From: Mytilus trossulus
Lineage: Eukaryota
NCBI RefSeq assembly: GCF_036588685.1
Contig: NC_086377.1
Span: 2,356,001 to 2,420,000 of the forward strand
Reading direction: 5' to 3'
Length of the DNA stretch: 64,000 nt
In this document: piece by piece, positions 27,078 to 39,809 of the stretch
Layout: every line of letters starts with the position of its first letter
How positions within the stretch are numbered: position 1 is the first letter of the stretch
The notes under the pieces: generated by a model
Seen by the model: the letters and a program-made list of their open reading frames with translations, nothing else
The model's database searches: none
Told to the model about the DNA's origin: nothing
Position numbers and translations under genes: made by a program

Positions 27078-29078
27078 AACAAGGTATTAAATAAAACTGG
27101 AAATCAACATCAATTCTAGAAAACCTCCATTTCTTCTTACCTCTTAATTTCATGGTGTTAGTTCAATTATTTTTTAATTTGATGTAATTACCTTTTTTTT
27201 CTGTTTAGTTGGTTTTTTTCATATTCAACCTATTAATTATGTTTTACATACATATTGTGCATTATAACTTACCTTAGGAAATAAATTGCAAAACTTGATA
27301 GTATGGCTAAACCTTTTCATGATTTGTAAACATGAAAACTTAGAAACTAAGCTTACTCCATGCATGCATGGACGAAGGTAACTAACGTTAACTTAGTCCA
27401 TGCATGCATGGACTAACACAACAGACTTAGTCCATGCATGCATGCACTAAGGCAACTAACCCTAACTTAGTCCATGCTTGCATGGACTAACACAACAGAC
27501 TTAGTCCATGCATGCATGGACGAAGGCAACCAAGGCTAACTTAGTCCATGCTTGCATGGACGAAGGCAACTAAAATTAACTTCTTTAAAGTTTAAAAAAT
27601 TTATAAATGCAAAATATTTCAAAAAAATCAAATTTTTCAAAAATTAAAAAAAAAATTAAATATTTAAAAAAAAAATCTTTTAAAATTTAATTCTTATAAA
27701 AATAAATGAAAAAAACATGAAAAATTTACAAAATTATTTTTTTCCAAAATGCTGAAAAAAGTTTAAATCCCATTTTTTTTAAAAATTAAACAAAAAGAAG
27801 AAAAAAATGGTTAATTATCACCACCAGATATAGGTACCCTTGGATATAGGTATAAATACCACATGAGAATATTCACGTCTGCCAAAAGATTAGAATGTGT
27901 TCACATTTCATTTCAATGGTAAAAACTCTTCACTGAACAGATCAGTTGGAGGTGATTTGTTTAACATAACCTGGACAGTAGCTGCAATTAGTTCCTGAAA
28001 GTTCCTAATCATTTAGTAGTGGTAAGTGTTATTTTAGTTTGTTGGTATTATATCTGTAATAAACATGTGTTGTTGCACTATGATTTTTGCCTTTGTCTCA
28101 ATAGCAGCTAACTTTTTGTATATTTTGTACATGTACATGCATTTAGTCGTCAAATCATCAACCCAACAATGTAAGATCTGTAAATTTGCTTTCACAAATT
28201 TTTTGTTCTTCCCATGCCGGGATTCTAATCCATGCTACTGAGATATTGTGACACCAAATCTGTACAATTTTTAAACACCAGAGAAGAGCAGATGATTTAA
28301 ACACTTTTGTGTAATCCAGCATTATATAAGATGTTTTGTGTCTAATGTTATTATTGCAGTTTGAGCATTCAAAAACATGTTCATTATGTCCACTGGTAGT
28401 GTTTGGTTGCTGTCTGCCATATTAAATGGATTTCCTTTTTTTGTTATTTGCTTAAATTTGTCTATTAGCTTTCTCTTTTGAAATTAAATAAAAACAGTTC
28501 ACAAATTGAGTGTGCTGGGCTTATTTTAATTAACCTTCATCAGAAACATACTAACAAAAATTTGAAAGCAAAGGATGTAGATACCATTATCTTGGGACTT
28601 AATAAGCCCATGTATAACGATCTTTAAATTCAGGCTTTTGCTCATTGTTGAAGACTTCAGGTGATCTGTACTTGTTTACATCAGTGCCCTTCTATGCAGG
28701 GCTAGCAGTTGTCTCAATTGCAATCATTCAATGTATCCTTGCTTTTGTATCATTTAAAGACTTCAATTCTTTAATCATTTCAGTTAACACATTTTAATTT
28801 CAAAACATTCAACAGATATTTCCAAATAACAAATTTTGTAAACAACAGATATAATTGGTAACTGGTAATTATTTTACAGTCAATATGTTTTTATATTTAT
28901 CAAGAGGCATCATAATCATGTTCATTAAATTCTTTCCTTGTCTGACTGTTACTGATCTCAATTAAAACCAGTGAAAATTGCAAGTAGCTTTTGGTTTCTA
29001 GTAGTACTATTTTGATAAGATGTGTAATTTTTCGTCATTTCTTTTGATGTTCTGTCATATCCAGTCAGACTATTTCAC
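27078..29078 (+). repeat. Left inverted arm (~2.0 kb) of the giant element
   Basis: Begins aacaaggtattaaataaaactgg and ends ...cagtcagactatttcac. Colinear with the reverse complement of the right arm. Confidence 0.93.
27353..27565. repeat. Six copies of the 24-bp palindrome ttagtccatgcatgcatggactaa (variants), spaced alternately 40 and 34 bp
   Basis: Copies start at 27353, 27393, 27427, 27467, 27501 and 27541, and are mirrored at ~62117-62330. Confidence 0.92.
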
Positions 29079-31118
29079 ATGATGAACTTTACTCACAATT
29101 ATATTTCATCTGTAAATGCTAAATTATGCAACTTCTAATGCAGGGAGACATGAGGGTTACTAATTTTTTAAATGTATAACTAGTTTTTATCTAATGCAGT
29201 ATTTTTTTAATATCAAAATAAAAATAACTAAAACTGAGTATTTAATAGCAATATTTATTTGCAATTTTTTTAGTTATCTAACTTCAGTTTGCCTCAACTA
29301 AATGTTATGAAACTTATAAATCTAGGAACTTTGTAGAACATATTGTTGTTAATTGACCATGTTGATTTGCCATAATTTATCACATTCACACATATTCATT
29401 GCAAAAACATCTTCTTTTTCATAAGTGTCTACAGGAGCTTGTGTCTCTGTATCTTTCTTTAAAGAATCATCATGATAGCTTCTGTTCCCTTCACATTCGA
29501 GACATAAATGAGATTTTCAGGAAAATATCTACTCCTTATATCTTAATCTGAAAAAACAAAACAAAAAATATGCTTTCACATAGTTTGACATATTTTTACA
29601 AGATTGTACATACTGAATTCAGAAATGTCTTGCCTGCTTTATGGTCATGATTGAACTTTCTGTTGCATGTTTCAATCTGAAGAATATACCACAATTAGTT
29701 CCTAAAACATATACACATGACAAAATTTTTCTTCCAACATGATTTTTATTTATTTACTAATCAAGCTGAGAGTAGACAATGAAAAGTAGATAAACATATA
29801 TAGATTACCGTAGCTTCTCAACTTTAATTTGATATCAACAAAATGTATTGTGGTAATTCTCAAATATCTGTGCATGGTGGATCCAAGGGGAGGGTTCCGG
29901 TGGTTGGAACTCTCCTTTTTTTGAGACGATCAATGCACTTGAATGCAGACATATAGTTTCACCCCTCTTTTTTTTAACAGGAGGTTAATAAGCTGTAATT
30001 AGCAATGGATGTTAGTAGCCATTTAATTCTTTTAAATTAAAACTAGTCTGAAGTACTGAACCATGTTTGATTGAAATATTTGTAGATGCTATAATGACAC
30101 ACTTCTTCAAACATCAGTAACAGTTATAATCATACCTTTGCTGACTTCAGCATTTGGTTATGTCTTCAGTTTCTTTTCTCATCTGTCATAGTATCAATAT
30201 TATATATGTAGCATACCACCATCTTGATGCATTCTGTATTACAAATAGTTACTCAACAGTTTTATCGTAGCAATCTTTTGGTGTTTTTTTTATCAGGAAC
30301 TACATGTTCTATATTCTGGAAATCTTACAATGCATGGAAAAGCTGAAATTATAAATTAGGTAAATAAATTTTAATTAATATGAAACGACACAATCAGCTT
30401 TATTAATGATAAATGTGTACTAAGTTTCAAATTGATTGGACTTTAACTTCATCAAAAACTACCTTGACTAAAAAAACTTTAACCTGAAACTGAGGGAACA
30501 CTTTTAATTTCTATGTTCAGTGAACCATAAAAATGGGGTCAAAAGTCTTTAATTTTGTTTTAAAATAAGAAAGATCATGTCATAAGAAACATTTGTAGTA
30601 AGTTTCAAGTTGATTGGACTTCAGCTTCATCAAAAACTATCTTGACCAAAAACATTAACCTGAAGTGGGAAGAATGGATGGACAGACAAACAAAAAGACG
30701 AAAGGACGCACAGACTAGAAAACATAATGCTTCTCTACTATTGTAGGTAGAGCATAAAAATTCATAAAAGAACTAGCAAAAAAAGGCACCAACAAAAAGA
30801 AACAAATCTAAAGTAATTGTCCATTATTGATTAACCAGGAAACCCTTGTTTTTCCCCTTTTGTTGCTCCCAATTCATTAACAGATTGAGTCATAACTCCA
30901 ATATTCCAACCCTAACTATCCTTTGGAGTTTTGTGGTGTGGAAACTTCAGGCAATTCTATAAACTGTTCTACAAATTATTGTCTGGACAATAGAAAATTG
31001 ATTATTTGGGCCCCTTTTATATCCCTTTTTCCTACACCAAAGGGACCATAAATTAACCCCAAATCAATCCAAACCTTCCTTTTTGTGGTTTCAAACTTCA
31101 AAGATTTATATTTACTTA

Positions 31119-32058
31119 TAGTCCAGTCAAACTAAGATTTAACCTCAAACTAATTGCAACAGAAAATGTTTTAGTTCTAATCTATAGCATTATGCCCTTT
31201 ATATACACAGAAAAAAGTCCAATAAAATCTAACTTGAGGAAAACTCAAAATCAGCACTTTTAATTTCCTATGGAAATTAACATTGGAAGGGGAGATAACT
31301 CTTACAAAAATGAGTCTTTTTTGGACAGTTTTTGGTTGTTTTTCTTGAAATGTATGTACAGTATGATACTTTGATGGGGTTATAAGTTTGTATTTGACTG
31401 AAATATATAATCTTCTGCTCATGAAATGTACAAAACCAAAATGGAATGGGTAGTTTTATTTTTTTCATGCATTTTTCATTAAAGAATTTGCAAATTTGAA
31501 GCTTTGTAACCATTTTGAAAAAATAATGTGAAAATTTGGTAATGTTTATATCTGTATATTATATTATTTCAGCAACTTTCTTATCTAAAGAAACTTTAAA
31601 CCACAAAAAGGAGAATACATGCTTAATTATTTTTATTAAATTTGAGATTCTTTACCTTGACATGTTGAAAAAATCAATAAATGGTCAACTAATGAATAAC
31701 GAAATCTAGATTATAGCTTGATAAAATATATGAAAACACATTAAGAGTTGTTTATTATACTGTAAAGACCACTAAAAATCAAAAATCAATACATTCTGAT
31801 GGATAGAAGAGGTAAAGTTATAATTTTGTATCAATTTTTATTGATATTTCTGCCTTTTTTGCAAGAGTTATCTCCATTTACAATACAAATCTACATAGGA
31901 ATTTTAAATGGTGATTTTTTTAGTCTTCCTCAAGTTAGATTTTATGGGACTTTTTTCTGTGTATATTTGGGGTATAATGCTAAAGATTTAAACTTTTAAA
32001 TCTTCAGTTGCAATTACTTTTAGGTTAGGGTCAAATTTATGCTAGATAGACTGGACTA
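31119..32058. mobile_element. Non-autonomous DNA transposon with TAG...CTA termini, ~200-bp imperfect TIRs and a 3-bp TSD (tta); Academ-like
   Basis: tta|tagtccagtc ... gactggacta|tta. The inner TIR match is tacacagaaaaaagtcc...aacttgagga against tcctcaagtt...ggacttttttctgtgta. Confidence 0.75.
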
Positions 32059-32175
32059 TTATGCTAAAACTATTGGCATTTTTTTTAATTAAACTTAAGT
32101 TATTGGCAAATTTCCAATGGATTTTATTAATACTGAAGTTATATATTTTGGTAAATTTCAAAATCACATCTTTAA

Positions 32176-32450
32176 GGTGGTACCCAACACTTGAACTAAA
32201 ATTAATTTGGCTCGTTTAATTTTCTTAAAATTTTGACAAAGTATTTACTTTGACCCTTTGACAAAAATATAAAAATTAAAATTTTTTTGAACCAACCATT
32301 TTATCAGAAAAATTACACTGGTTACATATAGCAGTTTGACAAACACTCATTTTGATCATTGAAAATCTTAACATCCCTTTAACAACACAACGTAATTAAA
32401 ACGTTTAGCTGACTTTACAGAGTTATCTCCCTGTAGTGTTAGGTACCACC
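32176..32450. mobile_element. MITE with TTAA TSD and GG...CC ends (Kolobok-type)
   Basis: ttaa|ggtggtacccaacact ... agtgttaggtaccacc|ttaa. Confidence 0.85.
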
Positions 32451-32977
32451 TTAAAATTTGTGTGAAATAATTCAAATATAACTTTTGGATTACCTCCCTT
32501 ACACAGCTTTCAAATTGTCTTGACTATCCTTTAACCAGAAAAATAATTATTTTTCATCTTTTTTGCCCCTTATTCATAAATGGTTTTATCTATACCCTCA
32601 GCCAATCCTAACCATCCCATATAGTAGTATAGAGCATTGGGGTATAATTTCAGAAAGATCATACACTTTTTCACAAGTCATTAACTTAAAACTACAAAAA
32701 TGCTTGTGTTTGGCCCATCGTTCTTGACTGTTTGCCCCATAACCCTAAAAATAAATTCCAACCTTCTTCAAATCTTATAATATTTAACATTGTGGTACAA
32801 TTTCAGAGGAATTGAAATACTTATACACAACTTATTGTCCTGAAACTAGATAAATGCTTGTTTTGGTCCCCTTATCCTAAACCTTAGGGACCATAACCCC
32901 CAATATCAATCCCAAGCTTTCTTTTGTTGTTTTAAACATTGTGTTAAAATTCTATTCATTTCTATTAACATGATTAA

Positions 32978-35531
32978 AAAGTAAAATCACAAAAATACTG
33001 AACTCAGAGGAAAATCAATTTGGAAAGTCCATAATCACATGGCAAAATCAAAAAACAAAACGCATCAAAAACGAATGGACAAGAACTGTCATATTCCTGA
33101 CTTGGTACAGGCATTTTCAAATGTAGAAAATGGTGGATTAAACCTGGTTCTATAGCGCTAACCCTCTCACTTTAATAACAGTCTCATCAAATTCCGTTAC
33201 ATTTACATGATGCGTTAAATAAACAGTCACAATCAATAAAATAGTCAAAATATGGGAACATCAGTCATCATCGTATAACAATTTAACAGGACACAACAAC
33301 ATCTACTATCTACGAACACATGGATTGATTTGAGTGTCTGACGTCAGAAAAATTATATACGTCACATAAATTTGTCGTTCAATGTGCATACAATAGTTAT
33401 CAAAAGTACCTGGATTATAAACAATTTTAAATTTTACATAGGCAATGAGCGCAGACAGGGTTAAAAAATCAAAAGTATGTAATAATAAATTACAGAAATC
33501 AAACTAGTCCAAAAGTTATACATAGAATTTTAATATATGAGAATCCAAAACTTTTAAAAGGAACAATTTAACAGGACACAAAAACCTATCCACGAACACA
33601 TGGATCTACTTGAGTGTCCGACGTCAGAAAATTTATATACGTCACATAAATTTGTCGTTCAATGTGCATACAAACAATTTTAAAATTTACATAGGCAATG
33701 TACGCATACAGGGTTAAAAAATCAAAAGTATGTAAGAATAAATTACAGAAATAGACCGAGATTCAAACTAGTCCAAAAATTATACATAGAATATATGAGA
33801 ATCCAAAACTTTTTAAAGGGAACAATTTAACAGGACACAATAACATCTACTGTCTAAGAACACATGGATTGATTTGAGTGTCTGACGTTAGAAAAATTAT
33901 ATACGTCACATAAATTTGTTGTTCAATGTGCAAACAAACAATTTTAAAAAATTTTCATAGGCAATGTACGCATACAGAGTTAAAAAATCAAAAGTATGTA
34001 AGAATAAATTACAGAAATAGACCGAGATTCAAACTAGTTCAAAAGTTATACATAGAATTTATGAGAATCCAAAAATTGTCAATTCCACTACGCCATTGAT
34101 TGATTTTGACGTTTGTGGTTCAACGTATAAAGTAATTCATAATAGAAATATATCATAATGACATATTATAGACAAATATCATACTGACGGGATCTTTTAA
34201 AGTACAGAGTCACGTTATAAGCACAAAAGAAATACAAAGAGTCACATATACAAAACAAATCACCAAAAAATGAAAGCCAATACAAACACATTGACGAGAT
34301 GTATAAGTACCGAGCCACGTCAAACGGATATCACATAAAACCATTCAACAGTAAAAGTAATCTTAATAATAGAACAAAAACAAATAAAAGAACAATAAAA
34401 CATGTTGTTAAGATGATACACAACATCAGTACGCAGAATCTATACATCAAGACCATCGTGTATTATTTGAGAAGTTGATACGGAATATTTATCAACAAGG
34501 TCTTGGTACCTTCCGATGAACTTTTTTAGAAAAAGGACGAGACGTTCTTTGACATACCCCTGGTTCATCAACTTTCTACTCAGACACTGATGACGTTTTA
34601 CAAAGTCTGAGTAGGAGCTGCAAGCTCTTGAATATCGAATAAGTTGGGAAATATATATCCCATATGCAGGTGAAGTTGGTATATTGCTACTAAGGTGGGG
34701 GAAATTTATAATTTCGAAATTAAAATTGTCTTGTATGTCATAGATTCTGATACTGAGATGACTGTGTAAGTCAAATTCGAGATATAAGTCTAAAAATGAG
34801 GCGGAGGAAGCCGTGTCTGTTGTTTCTTTAATCTCGAGTTCTGGGGGATATATTAATGGAACCCAATCAGAAAAGTTCGGATTGTTTAAGGAAAGAACAT
34901 CATCAATATATCTGAAAGTGAAATTAAATAATCTGGCTTCTTTGATCCTCTTGTTTTTGACAAGTGTCTGGAGGAACTCCGATTCATATGAAAATAAGAA
35001 GAAGTCGGCAAGAAGAGGCGCACAGTTTGTTCCCATAGGAATGCCGACAACTTGTTGGAAAAGTCTACCTCCAAACTCAACAAATATGTTGTCGATAAGA
35101 AACTCCAGCATACTGACTACTTGTTCTTCTGTGTAGCATGATTTACCTTTTTGTTTGTCACTATTAACGAAATATGCTTTATGAAATCCCAAAGTAATAA
35201 ATTTATAGCGTATGCTAGCTACCATTTTTATGTTGAAAGGCATTGTGGATAATTTCTTTTAGGCGATTTTTCAATTTTACATCGGGAATGGTGGTATACA
35301 GGGTTGAAAAATCAAAAGTTTTGATGGAACTTATTTCGGAAAGAGACCGAGATTTGAAATTGTCTAGAAGTTCTTTAGCATTTTTAAGAATCCACATATG
35401 GTTAATACCACTACGCGAGTAAACAGTTTCACAGTATTTCTGAAGACCCTCTTTCACTGCGGACAGAATTTTAGTCAATCTAATAGACAATTCTTTAGTG
35501 GAACATGAAGATGAGCCAGCAATATATAACT
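32978..35531 (-). mobile_element. 5'-truncated Penelope-like retroelement with a 3' region containing three ~255-bp repeats
   Basis: RT ORF remnants at 34440-35530. Tandem ~255-bp repeats at ~33280-34075. The terminal module is shared with 2862-2970 and 1-270. Confidence 0.8.
34440..35530 (-). pseudogene. Penelope-like reverse transcriptase (frameshifted near 35230, 5'-truncated)
   Basis: Motifs TFDFSTLYTTIP, QVVGIPMGTNCAPLLAD, FRYIDDVL, SFLDL and SNIPTSPAYGIYISQLIRYSRACS. The ORF stops with no C-terminal GIY-YIG domain. Confidence 0.88.
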
Positions 35532-35663
35532 TATACTAAAGTTATTATCTGGAAACCATCCGTCTTTGAACGATGCTCAGCTGACCACAAAGACGATGTG
35601 ATACCAATATAATTATATGATTGCAAAAATTTTATGGTTGTATAAAAAGGTATTCTAGACTTT

Positions 35664-36469
35664 AAACTAGAGGCTCTAAAGAACCTGTGTCGCTCACCTT
35701 GGTCTACATGTATGTGAATATTAAACAAAGGAAGCAGATGGATTCATGACAAAATTGTGTTTTGGTGATGGTGATGTGTTTGTACATCTTACTTTACTGA
35801 ACATTCTTGCTGCTTAAAATTATCTCTATATATAATAAACTTGACCCAGTAGTTTTAGTGGAAAATGTTAGTAAAAATTTACAAATTTTATGAAAATTGT
35901 TAAAAATTGACTATAAAGGACAATAACTCCATAGGGGATTAATTGACCTTGTTGACCATTTCGGTCATGTTGACTTATTTGTAAATCTTTTTTTGCTGAA
36001 CATTATTGCTGTTTACAGTTTATCTCTATCTATAATAATATTAAAGATAAAAACCAAAAACAGCAAAATTTCCTTAAAATTACTAATTCAGGGGCAGCAA
36101 CCCAACAATGGGTTGTCTGATTCATCTGAAAATTTCAGGTCAGATAGATCTTCACCTGTTAAACACTTATACCAATTATACCCTTGTCAGATATATGCTC
36201 TAAATGCTTTGGTTTTTGAGTTATAAGCCAAAAACTGTATTTTACCCCTATGTTCTATTTTTAGCCATGGCGGCCATCTTGGCTGGTTGGCCGGGTCATC
36301 TGACATATTTTTTAAACAAAATACATGTACCACAATGATGATTGTGGCCAAGTTTGGTTTAATTTGTTTTCAAAGTTTCAGAGTTCTAGAAGATTTTTGT
36401 AAAGGTAACAACACCAGATGCAAAGTGATGGGAAAAGCTCACTAGGCCCTTTGGGCTAGGTGAGCTAAA
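35664..36469. mobile_element. Helentron-associated (HINE/DINE-like) non-autonomous repeat
   Basis: Terminal hairpin agctcactaggcccttgggctaggtgagct followed by an A-run. Left end aactagaggctctaaagaacctgtgtcgctcacc. Confidence 0.5.
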
Positions 36470-38157
36470 CATTACATTCTTCTAGTTTATAACTGAGTGA
36501 AGGCAATATCATATATACCCAATAAATCAAATTCGAATCATATTTCTATGTTGATTAAAATGAAGCTTTTTATTATTTGATGCAAATTTTATGTTCGGAG
36601 AGCATTCTACAGCTATTTTCCAGTATTCATTTAGGAATTACTTGATCATCAAAAAAGCGGTGTTTAAAATATAATACAGGGGACTCATATTCATTTTAAC
36701 TTTATTTCGTGCTGCTACTTTTGATTTTACACAGTTAAGATGGCTCAGAATTATTCAAAGTCTCTATCAGAATGCTGTATTATTTTAATCTTTACAAAGA
36801 GTACCTCAAATTTGTCGAATAAATAGGGGTTCCAGACCATTTTAGCTCAAAATTTTACTTTAAATAGGTACAAGCATGTTAAAGGGACCATTTTCAACGA
36901 AATGAAAATAGAGGTGCTGACATATTTTTATGGGATATCAAATAAAAACTGTCTGTGACACCTCAGGTGTGACCTGGTCCAAATCTGTAATGTACAAAGC
37001 TGAAATATAGCTTCAAATATTAAGCAAATACAAGCACTTTATACATGTATGCGTCCCTGGCAAATACAAGGGTCACCAATAAGGAAAAATAAAATTTTTG
37101 CCTTTAAACCCAAATTTTGTCGGGAAAATGGTGAAATTGGGTGAAATGTCAATTTGAGCCTTTAGCAGACCTGTACAGAAATTGCTAACAAAACCACTTA
37201 GAAGCATATTTCAGAGATGCAAGTAAGAATTGTATAGCTTAAAATTTATAAAAAAAACATAAATATTTTAAAAGTTTTTAGGAAAGGTAATTGTTCAATA
37301 ACATGTAAATTATTCTCACTGATTTTTGTGATAATTGTCTTTTGATGGATCAATAATAAAAAAACAAACTTTTTGTTTTGATTTATAAGCTAGTAGTCAG
37401 CTTGGAATTAATAAAAACAATGATGTCATGGATGTACGAACTGTAAATGACGAAAACAGGAATTTAATACAAGGATTTACAAGTTCGTTTAAAATTACAT
37501 TTTGTATATTCTGAGACTTGTATTAAAAAACAAATTATTTTGTTAAAAAATAGCAATGAAGATAAATTAATACATTGTACTCCAGTGTTGTTCTACTATC
37601 ATGACAGTGACTAAGCAAATAGGGGAAATAATAAATTGGTTGTGGCAATACAAAAATTCAGCAAATTTTTCAACAAACTTTAACATGTAATGTTCAAATA
37701 ATTAACATTATGCAACTGGAGTACAAAAAAAAATCAGAGCAAATTGATCCAGGGTGAACAAGTACAAGTGTGAGTGATAAATTTGTCCTGGTAAAATATG
37801 TCAGGACGGACAAATATTACTATATAGTATAAAGAGTCCATGGTTACAGAATTGACTAGTATATATTTAGTCAGATATTAGTTATATATGTCCCCAGACA
37901 AATTTTCCTAGGTAATCATGTCCTATAAAAGATTTACTTGCATTTGCAAATTTAAATCTTATATATTAGTAATGTCACATAGTTAAATTTTTGAAAAAAT
38001 TTATGTCCCAAAACTATTAATTTTCCCACAAAGTCATGTCCATGTCATTAAAAGTCATAGGTTTAAATGTCTATGCCTTTAATTTTTAAAAGTGACTATG
38101 AATGTAATATGTTTTAACATTGTTATAGACAAAACGAAAGAGTTGTGTATCAATCTG

Positions 38158-38422
38158 TTACAGCTAATTTCCTAAAGCATGTAGAGCAAGACTTAAGTTA
38201 GCTTGCTTGCTTTGTATTTAAATTGTACACTCATTTAAAAGGATAATATCCAATTAAATTCAAATATTAAATATACAGGTTAAACTATGCCTATATATAT
38301 ATATTATATAAAGATGACCATCATGTCAATCTTATTAACAAAGCTTGTATAAACAATTATACAAACAAAGAAGGCAAGCCAACCAAAGTTTTGCATTACA
38401 TGCATTAGGAAATTAGCTGTAA
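38158..38422. mobile_element. Small foldback MITE
   Basis: ttacagctaatttcctaaagcatgta pairs with tacatgcattaggaaattagctgtaa. Confidence 0.65.
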
Positions 38423-38530
38423 ATAAAATTTGTCTCCAGACTAATTTTCCTAGGAAATCATGTCCATGTCATATTTTCCTAGAAAATCATGTCCATGTCA
38501 TTAGTATTGAATTCCTAGGTAAAAATGTCC

Positions 38531-38728
38531 TAGTCCAAATAATTATGACAGCTTGAAAGGCTATTATATTTTTTTTCTTTGAAGCCTTACTTCGACGAAC
38601 TAAGTAAGGCGTCAAAGAAAAAAAAATCTAAAAGCCTTTCAACTTACAAGACATCATAATTTGACGAAGTAAGGCGTCAAAGAAAAAAAATATAATAGCC
38701 TATCAAGACGTCATAATTATTTGGACTA
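38531..38728. mobile_element. MITE with TAG...CTA ends and a 9-bp TSD (AcademH-like)
   Basis: aaaatgtcc|tagtccaaataattatgac ... gtcataattatttggacta|aaaatatcc. Confidence 0.8.
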
Positions 38729-39057
38729 AAAATATCCATGTCTTTAATTATAAAAAATGTTATAAGCAAAGGAAACTGAATATTTATGTTTTTAATAATT
38801 AGGTTATTAATGAAATATATTCTTCATTTTTATTGGAAAAAAAATTCTTCTATTTTCCAATCTTATCTATAAAAAAAAACACTTCTATTTTAAATATATT
38901 TTATGATACAAAAAAAACTATTAGAAAAAGTCTTGTGACATATTTTCCTAGAAAAACAAGTTACAAACATAAATTACTAGCTATGAACTGATTTTCCTAG
39001 AAACATTTGTCCTGGGACTTTAATTCCTAGTAAAATCATGGACATGGACCTAATTAA

Positions 39058-39627
39058 GGGGGCTCACGGGTCTAAATCATTTTTTTTATTTAATATAATA
39101 TTTCGCTATATTTTCTATAAATTAACTTTATCTTATACCTAATAGAAAATTGAAATAAAAAAATGGGGTCACCGTTCATATACGCTCACAATCTGCTTTC
39201 GACAAAAAGCATATAATTTGGCTAATGTCCTTTTTTTCTGTTGAACTAATAGGAGAAAAAGCGGTAATATAGAAATTAAAAAAGAATAAAATTACAGAAA
39301 TCGCTAAAATTTTACAATTATTTAGTTTGTGTACAGCTTTTTCGAAAACAATAATAAAAAATATTGGTCACCGATGAGTTAAAAAATATATTTAAATTTT
39401 AATGCAAAAAATGGCATTTTTGCATCAAAGGGAGATAATTTGGAGCTTTTTCAATGATATCTACAGTTAAAAAGTCACCTGGGGCCAACACGTATTGATG
39501 TTTTGGAATAATTTTTGTACCATATGATAAAGTAACAACTTCTTAAGGCAATTAATAAAATTTGTAATGAAAAATAAACGTTTGATTTTTTTCTAAAATT
39601 TTATATCCGTCATGTCCGTGAGCCTCC
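39058..39627. mobile_element. MITE with TTAA TSD (Kolobok-type)
   Basis: ttaa|gggggctcacgg ... ccgtgagcctcc|ttaa. An inverted, interrupted relative lies at ~50161-51890. Confidence 0.85.
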
Positions 39628-39688
39628 TTAACTAGGAAAAAAAGTCTGGAGAACAAATTTTACAACCGGACCAAATTTACTGTTACAC

Positions 39689-39809
39689 TATTCCAACTAA
39701 TTATGACGTCTGGCAAGGCTATTTTTATTTTTTTTCTGGGGGCAGGGGCGTCCCAGAAAAAAATTTAAAATACCGGTAGCCTTGCCAGACATCATAATTA
39801 TTTGGACTA
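39689..39809. mobile_element. 121-bp hairpin MITE with a perfect 9-bp TSD (same family as 38531-38728)
   Basis: ctgttacac|tattccaactaattatgacgtctggcaaggcta ... tagccttgccagacatcataattatttggacta|ctgttacac. Confidence 0.85.

Noticed and set aside
27353-27565. CRISPR-like palindromic repeats with spacers
   Set aside because: The spacers are only 10-16 bp and are themselves repeated, there are no cas genes, and the context is eukaryotic.
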